DNA of 64,000 nt from Antedon mediterranea (taxonomy: Eukaryota > Animalia > Echinodermata), in contig NC_092670.1 in assembly GCF_964355755.1 (NCBI RefSeq), positions 30,368,388-30,432,387 on the forward strand. Direction: 5' to 3'. Under the pieces are notes generated by a model. It did not search any database. It was not told the DNA's origin and saw nothing but the letters and a program-made list of their open reading frames with translations. Position 1 is the stretch's first letter. Each line of letters opens with the position of its first letter. Both the position numbers and the translations under genes were made by a program. Positions 1 through 12,800 of this stretch are shown piece after piece.

Positions 1-91
1 ATTAGTTTGATATCAGTGATTAGATCAATTATTGGTCTTATTGGACTGGTCTGATTCCCATTGGAAAGATTGAATTAAAGTTTAAGCTTTA

Positions 92-689
92 TTTACCTCC
101 GCCAAGGAGGTATATGTAATCGGTCGCGTGTGTTTGTTTGTTTGTTAGCAGGATTACTCAAAATGTAATTACAAGATCTTTCCCAAAATAAAAATACAGA
201 TTGATATGTGGTTAAGGACCACTCCATTAAATTTTGGAGGCAATCCAGACCATGGTCCTAATTCTGGACCACTTTTTAAAATTATTTTCAGACTTGCTAG
301 TGTTAAAAGATAAGACAGAAATTTCAAAAGCCGGTGAGCAACAAGTAAACTAAAGTTGTATTGTCTCTAGAACTACTTGTCCAAAAAACTTCATTTGTGT
401 ACAAGAGGAAAGAATTATATGTTGTGATTTGTAATTTTAAAACATAATTACATTTAATGTACAAGTTTTTTGTTGCGAGTAGTTTAAAAACCCTATTTCT
501 TTTCAAATTCACACACAGCATTAAGACACACACAAATATATATTAAAGAACATTAATTCTAAACCGCCCGGTGATATACTGAAATTTAATTAATTAATTT
601 GATATATATATATTTTTTCCCGAAGAAATCTTATATAGGAGAATTTTACATTAGGCGGAGGTATGCACTCTCGGAGTGGCTTTCTAGTT
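92..689 (+). mobile_element. Non-autonomous Helentron-type (HINE/DINE-1-like) element
   Basis: Subterminal inverted repeat ACCTCCGCC (95-103) / GGCGGAGGT (654-662); (GTTT)n microsatellite near the 5' end; 3' hairpin GCACTC..GAGTG followed by CTAG in T-rich flanks. Confidence 0.7.
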
Positions 690-787
690 TTATTAAATAA
701 TTATTTAATAATAATTAAAAAAAATAAATATATATGTTTGGGCAACAGTAATATTTATGAATAATCATTTTTATAATTTTATTTCAG

Positions 788-875
788 TGCTCATGTTTCT
801 TCTATGTTTGAAAATGATCGTTTCTTCTCGCATCTGTCAGACATGGAGAGAGAAATGACCTTCCGTACCGAAATG
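788..875 (+). CDS. DPY19L1: DPY19L1 exon ([29 protein letters not shown])
   Basis: tttcag acceptor, gtaat donor, conserved motif. Confidence 0.92.
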
Positions 876-3800
876 GTAATAGGATAAGTGGTTGGAATTA
901 TTATTAATAAGGGATAAAGTTCAGATGTCTGTAGCAATTTGGGCAAGAGCCATACTTTAATTTAACCAGTTATGTATAAAAATAACCTCTGTTTTAAAAA
1001 AGGAATGCATAATAAATTTATATAAAATAATTTATAGAAAAATAACTTTAATAAAAGTGCAAAATGTCCTATTCAAACAAATTATGATTTTAATAATCTT
1101 CATTAGTCAAGATTATTGAGCACTGTCAGACATACAGTAGTGTACAGTATCATTGTACAGTCCTCACTCCTCTAACATATTATGTTAGGAGGAGTGAGTG
1201 ACAATACTATTTCATTTAATACAGGGTCTGTACTATTCATACTACAAGACAATCATAGAAGCACCATCATTCATGGATGGTATGTGGTTAGTTATGAAAG
1301 ACAATGTTACAGAATTTCCCAACACTATCAATGTTTTAAAACGATTCAACCTTTATCCAGAAGTAAGTCATGGAATATTTTTGAATTTTCAACTTTTATT
1401 AATGGAAAGATGTAATATTTAATAAACCTATTTACATAGAGTTTACAAGAAAAAAATGAAATAATAAAAGAAAAGACAATAACAAAGTGGTAGAATATTT
1501 GATTTATTTTGTTTGGTGGCATCTAGCTGGTTGTGTGGAGTTGTAGCTTAGTTGTTACTTAGATGCTCTGCTACTGATCCCATGCTACTCATAACAAAAA
1601 CTCCAAAAGTTATATGTAAGACATGTGTGCAGGTAGAGCATCTCTTATATGTTTCTGTTCTCATGTGAACAAGAAAACTATCTAATTAAAAATGTAGATA
1701 ATAAAGAAAAGAGTTTTTGTTTTTATGCTTGATTTTCTGGGCTTATGAAGTAACTACAGTTTTGATAATGGAAGTATTATTGAAGACAATTTGTATTAGA
1801 TAATCAAACTTTAATTATTATTTCTTTGCAGGTATTTTTAGGGATGGGATTCCGGTCGTTTGATAGCATCACAAAATGGATGGGTATCAAGACGAAACAG
1901 TGCTATAAGGTCAATCGAGGTCAAAATTTACCTCCAGTTGCAAACTGTGAAGGTAAATATTTATGATGATGTTACAGTATTTTTAAAATTAGTGAAGTTT
2001 TGAAATCTTAAGCTTCACATTATATTATGTGGTGGTGGCCATGTATTGCAATTTGCACAAATTCTGTTCCACTTTTAATAAATAATTTGCCTCTTTTCGC
2101 AGGTATTGGAGACCCATCATATTTCTACGTTACTGCAATTTTTGTTGAGCAGGGAATTATGATGGCTATCTTTTTCTTATTTGGTTATTACCTTAGCAAC
2201 GATATCTTCGGAGGACTTATCACTGTTATGGCTTTCTTCTTTAACCATGGAGAGGTAATAATACCAACATCTCAAATCTAAATTTTTTACAATCTTATAA
2301 TCTGTGTGCACTAGAAATTAAGCAGTTATAATAATATAATGATAACTATTGTTAATTATTACTGTGTCACTTTTTTTACTTTTGATCACAAACACTAAAT
2401 CAAATTGGTGTTGATGGACAATTTTCAAACATTAACCAGATTTTGTTTAGTTACAAAACCTTTATTTTCAAAACTTGCAAACTAAAGTATTCTGAAAAAC
2501 TCCTGACAAAATATTCAGTTGATCTTAATACATTTTTCTTTCAGTGTACTCGTGCCCAATGGACGCCACCATTGCGTGAAAGTTTTGCGTATCCTGTATT
2601 TGTATTTGAGATGTTACTAGTAACGCACTGTCTAAGATCAACGGTATCTACGTGGAAGCATGTCATTTCTATTGCTGCCGCTGTCGTTGCTTTTATGCTT
2701 CCTTGGCAATTTGCCCAATTTGCTTTGTTGACTCAGGTATTTAAATTTGCTTTTTTGTTTGAAAAATTTAATTTAGTTCAATTTAATTTAACATTTATTT
2801 TGACCAACATCCTACATATTTTAACTCGTTTAAAACAGATATCTCAATCTACTGTTAGTCTAATTTATACAATAACTAATTTAGGATACATCATCAAATA
2901 GTTAGTAACACATGTGCCAAATCAGGCAATTCAACTACCTTTAACAAGCATAGAGTATTATGGTTGTTCAAAATGCACAATACAATTATGGATTTTATAC
3001 GATTTTCAAGGTTTATACTTTTTTAGGCAACGAACAATTATTTTAGTCATAATGATTTAGACTTTTTCACGTAGCTTACTGTATTTAATTTATGGAAACA
3101 GGAACAGTCCTTAATTGAGAGGAAACTGAATAGAAAATTAATGGTGCAGGAGATGAACCAGGCTAAAAAGAGGCTGCCAAAAAGTACATCTTAAAACCAT
3201 CAAACGTTTGTGTTTGACAAAGTACACAGAACAGACACAGTATCAAATTGATTCACAGACAATGCTGTCTGATTGATTTTAATATCCCATAATTCTTTTT
3301 GCATATATATTTTGTGATGTGTTATTTGTTCATATTTACGAAATTCAACGGTTAGGTGAGGACAACGAATATGCTCGATACAGCGTAAAATCATATACAG
3401 TCAACATAGCCGTTTTATTTGTTACGTACCCTTGCGCGAAGACGACGACCGGCAGCATCGCTTCTTTCCCTGTCTCGTGGTGCGGGGGCCCTTCAGAATT
3501 TCTTGGATCTGGTGATACAGCATAGGCCTAGCCATCCTATAGTAGCTAGCGGCCTCGCATTAAAACGCCGCTTTTAACACACCCATTTTAACCCAATAAA
3601 AATGCTATTTCATTAAACAATTAACTGTATATTTAAGATTATAGAATATATATACATTATTTTTGGCCGTTCTCCGTAAACAGGAAAATAGCAACTTTAT
3701 CATCCTCAAAAAGTTAAGACGACAGAATTTTATTCTAAGCTCCGCCCACTTTGTTGAAACTCATGCATAAATTATTCATGAGCACCGTCCTGTGGCTTCT

Positions 3801-6800
3801 TGTCGTATTTCGTAAAGTCCTGTTTGACTCTCTTGTAGTTGTATATAGTATATTCATGTCCGAACTATTTGAAAGTACATTTTTGTTAGGACAGTTGTTT
3901 TTGTTTTTTTAGTGTAGTACAAACTTAAATATTAGTTGACTGATTTCTTTTTCAGATTGTAGCTGTATTTGGTACCTATACACTTGGATACATCAATACA
4001 GACAAGATGAAATGCATCCTTATAGCACATTCGGTATATAGTTATTACTATCACAAATTAACATTAACATAATCTGTTTCCACTTTACAGAACAAATATT
4101 AAATAATTGTATGAAAATAGTAGGTAATACTAAATGTTATGGCAGTAAATATATATATATATATATACCCATTATCAGATCTTGAAAACACCTAGTCAGA
4201 TTTCTATATTATCTAAGATATCTTAGGTCTTATTTTGGTAGATCAACCGGCACATTTTGTTGTGTGTGTGTCTTTGCGTTGCATCCTAGTGGAAAACAAG
4301 CTTTAGCCTACCTATGCACGTGGTTTTGTTATAAACGTCAATGTGTTTCTTACTTTTTCCATAGCTTGGTCTGTTCACAAGTTTTGTGTTTTTATTTGGT
4401 AATGAAATGCTCTTCACATCTTTTTATGCTGCTGCTTTGCTGAGTCTTTGGGTGAGTTTAAACGAGTTAAAAATTAGACATGATAATAAAACACTCATAT
4501 GTTGCACAAACATACATAGAGTATCACATTGTGACGTCACAATACCACGTGACATCCATTGTTACTCGGCAACGGCCCAAGCGTTCATTTAACATACTGT
4601 ACTGTAAACTATCACATTTAGTTAGAAATCTATAATAAAACAATTATTATTGGTATTTCAATCAATTCAATCAAATATAAAAATAATCACAGTAATTTAT
4701 TAATACTCTGTATATTTTTTTAACAGGTTGTGATTATGCTGGAACCCATAATCAACAAACTACCTCATTACATTATCACATTTGTAAGTTAACTTAGAGG
4801 AAATAATTTTTTTGATATTGAGTTTCAGTTTAAAAGTATAAAAAAAAAAAAAAAAAAGCATTTGAATTGCTTAAAGGGGGATTCTGGGTTTAAAATTGCT
4901 TTTAAATATTGTTTATATTATTAATAAAAAATATTATAACAATATAGACATGTCAGAATGAAGAAGTAATAACGAGCAATTAAATTTCATATACATTTTA
5001 GGGAAGCTCATTAATATTCATGAGATATTCACAAAATCACGTCATCAGTGGATTCCAAAATCGCGACGTCATGCACCCGATCATTGTGAAATACATTTTT
5101 TGTAGATTTTTTTTAAGCTAGGCCTAAAGTGTAATAATAACAGTAGTAGCATATATTTATTTGACATTTAATGAAATACAAAATTTAGTAATCCTACAGA
5201 TTACGGAGTCATAAATTATATACTATTTTTATACCTCGAATAGTACAGATCGTATTATTACGTACTAGGCTAGGCCCAGCCTAAATCATTTTTTTAATAG
5301 GTGAGAGCCATTCTAATGGAATGTATACGTTACGCTTCATTTACTAGGACAATGTCATAAATTACTAACATTGCAAATAAATACATTTATAAAAGATTTT
5401 CCAGGATAGCCCAAAAAGCTTATTAGCTTATGTCCATTTGGATCCTTTGTCTGTTGTATATTTTGATATTTCAAGCATGCAATAGTATTTCCAGAAAGGG
5501 ATAATAACAAAATCTGAATCTGATAACCACTGTGACACTATTTGGACATTTATGAGAAGTCTTTATTATTATATTTCTTATATAGATTGGCCAAATTTTC
5601 TTGTTACTTGTTGGTACAGTAGGATTCAAGTTTCTTCTATCTCGTTTACTGTCAGTCACAGATGATGTAAGTGAATAAATATTTTAAAAGGTTAATTGTT
5701 GCTTTTGTTAAATGATAAACCATATTGCTATTTTGTAGTGCAAGTCCACTCACAATTTCAAATGTACACTAATGTTATTGACATTGTGTTGGATTAATTC
5801 TATTTTAATTTATTCTTTTGTAAAATTTAATGTATATATTATGAATGTATGAATATCAAGAAATTGTAAAGCCAACTTGGACAGTGGTGTACGATGTAAA
5901 CTGACATGATGAGTCAAAGTTGCTGTCTTGTCCTGCCGTGGTTCTTGTCCAGTCGAGGTTCTTGTCCAGCCGTGGTTCTTGTCCAGCCGTGGTTCTTGTC
6001 CAGCCGTGGTTCTTGTCCAGCCGTGGTTCTTGTCCAGCCGTGGTTCTTGTCCAGCCGTGGTTCTTGTCCAGCCGTGGTTCTATTATAAACAATAGTTTTA
6101 GGTCCTCAGGGTCTACATCAAAATGACCACATTTGTACTGGGAATGTTTTAAACTACATTTGACATCCGTCAGACAGGGGAGGTGGGTTGTGAGTAATGG
6201 GATATCAACATAACTGGTGCTGGAGAGATATTAAACTATATTTTGTGGGTACATGGGTTGGTGCTTATTAGGGACAGACTGGTGTCAGGGGGTTATGAGG
6301 TATCAATATGATCGGAATTGTACTGGAATGTTTTTAAACTAAAACCCAGCCGTGTTGCCTGATTGCTAGTTATATCCAATTCTAAAGTCTACACTAATTG
6401 CTTTTATTAGGCACATATTGGTAACTTATTCAAGTCAAAGTTCACAGGTTACCAGGACTTTCACACTATGCTGTATACATGTGCTGCAGAGTTTGATTTT
6501 CTAGAATTTAAAGTAAGTATTTCAATTTAATTTAATTCGTCACTATGACGAATTATAGGTTATGCATTGATTTAAATAAAGATAATTGATTGATTGAAGA
6601 TATATTGATTGATTGATTTTCTCAGAATCTTCAATTATTTATAATATATGATAGGATCTTGCTAATGCAAATACAATAGCCGGTATCATAATCCGATCAA
6701 AGATCCTTCTGCATATATAATGTCATAAACCACATTTGTTACATAATAATAAAGACATAAGTTACTTTTTATCTAGATTTCATTATAAATCATGTGTATA

Positions 6801-9800
6801 ATCTATACACTAAGAAATAAAATTGAACAAACAATAGGCCTACGGATAATAACAAAAAAATCTCGTTTCGTTTCCCAAGGTGAGATTCGATCTCGGTACC
6901 TTGAGTGCCATAGACACGAGCACAGACCACCGAGCCATACACAACTGACTAAAAGTTGTAGTAAGATTCCTCTGTGTATTTACTATGCAGTAACCAATTG
7001 TGCAGATAGATTATTACATACCGCAATTAATTATAATTTTTTACTAGGATGACATCTTAAAAAAAATTTAAAGAATGATGCACTGTCAAACTATATACTT
7101 TTAACTTTAATATATGAACTTCTTAATGAAGAAAGTTAATGTTAAGTTTGTTGTTTCGGCCTAAGAAAATGTTATAATTTCTTTGATTGTCGAAATTATT
7201 TAAAAAAAATTTAATATGCCATTAATGATGACTTAATCATCTTTTGTTCTCTTACTTCCATAATAAATCATACATATGATGCATACACATCAAGAAATTG
7301 AAATAAAAAATAGGTGTTCCCGAGCATTCTGACGATCAATATTAATTTGAAAATTTAGCATATTTTCACCAATTTGTTAACTTACACGTGCGTAGGCTGT
7401 CACTTTTGACGTGCTCGTATAACGCAGTTCCGCGATCAAAAGTGAATAAAATATGATGATATTATTAAAGAAAGGTTGTACAACAGAAATCGGACAAAAA
7501 CAGTGCGCATTAACGTTTGCGCGTGCAAAAATCTGCGCACTCATGGCATTTTTTTTAAAAATTGCCTGAAACCTACTCTAATTTCATCGAAAGTAAATTT
7601 TGACAATTAAAAAAATGTTAAGCGCGCGTACGCATGCGTTATATGCGCTACGCACATAATTGTATTGCCATAATGATGAAATATGACCTGAAATTTATGA
7701 GTACCATTCTACCAAATTTTGTTTAAAAGTGATTCATGCTTGTGAAGACGTGATTTAGTTAAATCGTGCGTAGACCGCGTAATTTTTGATTGCGCACCGT
7801 AAAAACATAACCACATCGATTCCTGGCCATAAGGAATATACTCTGAAAAATTGACTTAGCTAGATGAAACTGATACCAAGATAATTCACGGACAAAATAT
7901 TGCTAAGGAAAGAATAAATAAATAAATAAATAAAGATCCTGACAGAATCAAGAGGTTATATGCATATCATGCATATAACCTAAATATGAGATGACATATG
8001 AAATCACCAAATCACTGTAACCTAGAAGAGAATGGCATATGACAGAAAGAAATGGAAATTGACTATATTAATTATTATTTCTAAAAACCAATAGATGCAC
8101 TGATTATGTTTAAATAGCATAGTATAAAACTGACTCCAAATAACAAGAGGCAAGTCAGTGATTCAACGTTTTAATCTTTATTTGATCATTGACTATAATT
8201 ATAATTTTTTTTTAGACAATATTGAAGTTATCATATTCATTACTCATTCCAAGTGCTATTATAGTTATTTTAGTAGTCGTCTATCATGTAAGTATTTCAT
8301 TTAATAATCAACATAGAGTTAATTAGGTTCTCCTTTCTACATCTTTATTTTTGGTGTAATAACCTAAAAACTAAATATTGTAGTTGGTCCTTTGTCTGGA
8401 CATAATCCACCAAAACTGTGTAGAAGAACAGCTTGAGATAATAATAATAGTGGTCTTTTGTATCTTTTCTTACAATATGTCACGTTAATTTTGTGTGCAT
8501 ACAGGGACATTGGGATTTGCATTTAAAATAAAATAAACTTAATGTTTCCATACTATCTGCTATTAAAGAGGAAAGCATATCAATTTGCTCTTTGTTGCAC
8601 AGATTGATTGAGAACTAGTATGTTTTCTAGGTGATTTAGATAGACATTTTCTGTTAAGTGTTATACATTTATATTTTAACATTCTTCTAGTTTGGTGTTT
8701 TGGAGTACAACATTTGGCAGACGTACATATCCAATGAAAAAGATGAAGATGAATCAAAAGATGTAAATCTTCCACCGTAAGAAATTATCAATTCATTTTA
8801 AAATAATTTGTTTAATTTTTCTTTTATTTATGTTAGAGTAATATGAAATAATTATTTAATTTACATTAGTTACAAAAATGTATATGATAATGTAATTACA
8901 AAAAAAGTATATTGATTGCTTGATATTCATCATTTGTTTTATGTAGAGTTCCAAGACCAAAACCACATGCTGAAGTAAGTTTGCATCCAGAAAAACATTT
9001 TAAATGCTATATAACTTAGTACTACTGTATATTCTCTGGTATAATCCAACCTGCCCCTAGAACACGACATTAGGCTTACTTTGAGGGGTAGGACTGTACC
9101 TAGGGAAAGCCTGGTTCAGGAACAAAAATGATTGGTAAACATTTCTTATTAAAACTCATCTAAACTGGCTAGAGAGAAGCCTACATCTAGAACAAAAGTC
9201 AATGGTGGGACTATACCCAGGGATGTGCCTGTTTGTGAAATCAGACATACTGTAAAATAGACATAAGGATATGGTGAAATACCATATCCTCATATATAAA
9301 AGTCATGGTTATTGATTTTTTTTCTAAATATGACCACACTGACTCAAGGGACATTTTATTTTAACAGAATCATAAACTAGTGACATTTGTTTAAAGCTCC
9401 TAATTAGTTTTACCAAATTATTATGTACCTTATTTTGTTCGTGTTATACTTATTGAGGCATAATAGTAAGTTGACCTACCCTGACAATTTGTTTAGGCCT
9501 ATGAATTAAAGTTTATATCATTAATACAATAATATATAATTAATACATTTCTTGTTTTGTCAATTTTTATTTGCTCTTAAGCTTCTTTACCATGTCTTTC
9601 AACTAGCTGCCTTTACAGTAATGGCTCTCATCATTATGCGGTTAAAATTATTCTTCACACCGCATCTTTGTCTGATGTGTTCTTTATTTGCATCAAAACA
9701 GGTAATTCTTATCTTCTTTTTTCATTTCATTAACAAGCATATTTACATTTGAGGTTTGTATAACATTTCTATTGCAGTTTAGGTTATTATTTTTTGAAAG

Positions 9801-12800
9801 AATGAGGGTGCAGGATACTTTCTGTGTATACTAGTTGTGTGAAAAGTTATTGTAGTATGTAATTTGTCTAAAGCTCTGTCTACATTATCAAATTATTTGA
9901 CAAAAAATGTGTAATGTGCCCAAATATGGTAGTGATATGCCATCATCAAGTCCATAATGGGCACATCACATTTTTTTGTCGCACAGATCTTTACTCGTAC
10001 ACCTATCTATTGGTGAATATTCCAACTTTTTTCACAGTTGAATCTTTGTATTGTAGACAAATTACTTTGGTGTGATTGTCTGATTGTTATTACAGTAGGT
10101 TAATGGAATATGTTTGGCTTACTAGTACTCTACTTTATTTAACCTAGCCCAGCTGCGGTTGGTATACATTATGGGTTCCTGGGGGTTATTCAACATTATG
10201 CAGCAACATATATAATTTGTCCTGTTTTTTAACTTTCCAGCTATTTAGTTTTTTGGGAACACGTACACGTCAGTATTCAATTGTAATATTGCTCATTGCA
10301 TTGATGGGTGTATCAGGAATTTCTCAGCTAAGGTCGCAGTGGAACATTAAAGGTGAATTTAGCAATGGACCACAAGAAGAACTGCTAGAATGGATAATAG
10401 CAAAAACACCAAAAGGTAGGCAAACTAACTTGTAATTGTTCAATAAGTCGAGTGGTTAGGGCAGGGCGCCACAAACCATAGCCACAGCATCTCTCAGCAA
10501 GTATAATCGGATAAGGATTTAAAAATTGAGGTCCAGTGTACACATCTGGTTTGTGTGCACTTGCATCTCGCAAGAGTAGGGGGTTGCCACAGTGTATTGG
10601 TCAAACTCAGCCCATGTCGTGGACAGACACGCTGTTTGGTGGCAGAGCTCACAAAGTGAGATGTCAGTCAACTACGCTTTGAGACAGTTTTTTAAAAATT
10701 GCAATATTTAAAATAAGAATCCATTTATCTAGGTTTTCTTGTGATCCTCTGCTTTTGTATGTGAAAAAAAGTATTATGAGATACAATTACATACCTCAAT
10801 TTACAAAACATTGTGATGTCATACTACTCTAGTGTAAAAAAGGATGTGATTTTACAAATATTAATAGTGAATTTTGACAATTTACTACTTGCATGGTGTC
10901 TCAATGTAATGCGCAAAAATACAACACTATGCACATAGATACAACTATATTTGTCAAAGATCATTATCTTTTTTTTCTTTTTTCTGTAATTTTTGTGTCT
11001 CGCATATCTCTAAAACAACATTTCGTAACTTTCTCAACATATCGTCATTCACGTGAAGTTGCTAACATTTTCATGACGTTTACAATTGCGCAATGTGACT
11101 TGCGCGTGATTTTATGAATTTCACATTTTTAACATAGGTTGAAAACAAAAAAACATTTTATAGTTTCTAAAATAAACAGTGAAAGTTATTTTTATTACAT
11201 AATTCAGGAAGATAATGAGTTGTAGATATTGGATCATGCAATAATTTGGCTAACCAGACAATGTGACGTCATCATATGGCAACTTAAATTTATAAAACAT
11301 AGGATTTTTGTCTCATTTAATAGAGCGTATCTTCACTTATTCGTATTTTCAATATGTTTTAGCTTCTCAGAATGAAAAGTGATACTCATGATTAAAATGT
11401 TGGATGCTGTTGAATTGTAGATTTGAATTCATTTTGTTACGTCATCATATGGCCAGTTGAATTATAAAAGTCGTATTTTCATAGTCTATTACGTGCCTGC
11501 TTACCTGGATAAACCCGACAATAGCCCTTTTCCACGAAGTGCGAAACAAATACGAAAAGAAGAATTCTACCCGAATTCACCTCATAAAGAATGGTACATT
11601 CCGCTCTAGCGCCCTCTCGTGGGACCACTCCCACGTGTTACCGTCATCATTTCTTTTCGTACTGTCACGAAGACAAGACGAAGTTTGAGCGTTGCAATAC
11701 GTCACAAACGAGGGAGAAATACAACCTTATCTGAAGCTAGCCGAGGCTAAGTTGAACTATTGATATACTATTTATATCTATTAGTATACATTGATTATTG
11801 ATACGTTGGAAACCGTTGCCCTGTTTGGTTAATCTAACAGGGCAAAAATACCGTTAGACTAGAGAACTAGTTGTTGGATACGTTGCAAATCGTTGCCTCG
11901 TCTACGCACGAGGCAAAAATTTTTTCACATACCGGGACTGTTCACCGGCTTTGTGTAGCATTTATTAGAATCAGTCAGGCGTATCCACTGTTGCATAGTA
12001 CGTTAGATACTCTGTTAGGGTGTGTTTGTGTGCTTTGTTTAGGCGTTCTTCGTCATCATGCCAAAACAAGAGTGCATCCAGTGCAGGGGCCCACGAGCAA
12101 CACTTAAGTGGGACCGCCACATGCGGTGCGTTAGCTGCCGTACGTGCAGCCAGTCAGATCCGTGCGAAGTTTGCGTACGCTGGACGCCTGCTAAATTCGC
12201 ATCGCTTCCACGTCCCGCGGGACGTGTTATTGAACAGAAAGCAGTTGCTATCGCACCTCAGGAGGAAGGCGCAACTGCAATGGACGTTCCGGCTGAGAAC
12301 GTACCACGCGAGGAGGTGCCTGTTGTTCTCGCAGCTCCCGCGCATGAGCCAGAGGCGGGTTCCGCGCCTGTTCCCGCTGCGGATACTGAGCTATCTCCAG
12401 CGGTTATTCAAGCCATCGCGGCAGCGGTGAGGGCTGCTCCACGGGACAAGCCCGCGGTGTTCCCTCAACCACGCCCTCCATATATTCCATATATTCCGGT
12501 GCCTCCACCTCAGACGCCACTGTCGTATTCTGAGGGACCCTCAATGGAGGAGGGATACACGAGCGACCGTACTATGCTCACGATCTCCGATGAGGAGAGA
12601 GCCGCGCAGTTGCGGAGGCCCGGCGAGGAGGGGCTACAGGCGCTGGTTAATAAGATTCTTCCGGCGGTATTGGAATATCTAGGCATCGAATACGCTTTTC
12701 GCGAACCGAAGCCAACCCCATCTACAAAGCGTTTCTCGACGTTTGGGGTACGTACGCCTCTCCGTAAGGTTACAACGTGCCCAGTCGTTCCTCTCGACCC

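Noticed and set aside
5856-6126. Repetitive ORFs, or a CRISPR-like array
   Set aside because: Head-to-tail 17-bp minisatellite with no unique spacers and no cas genes, in a eukaryotic intron
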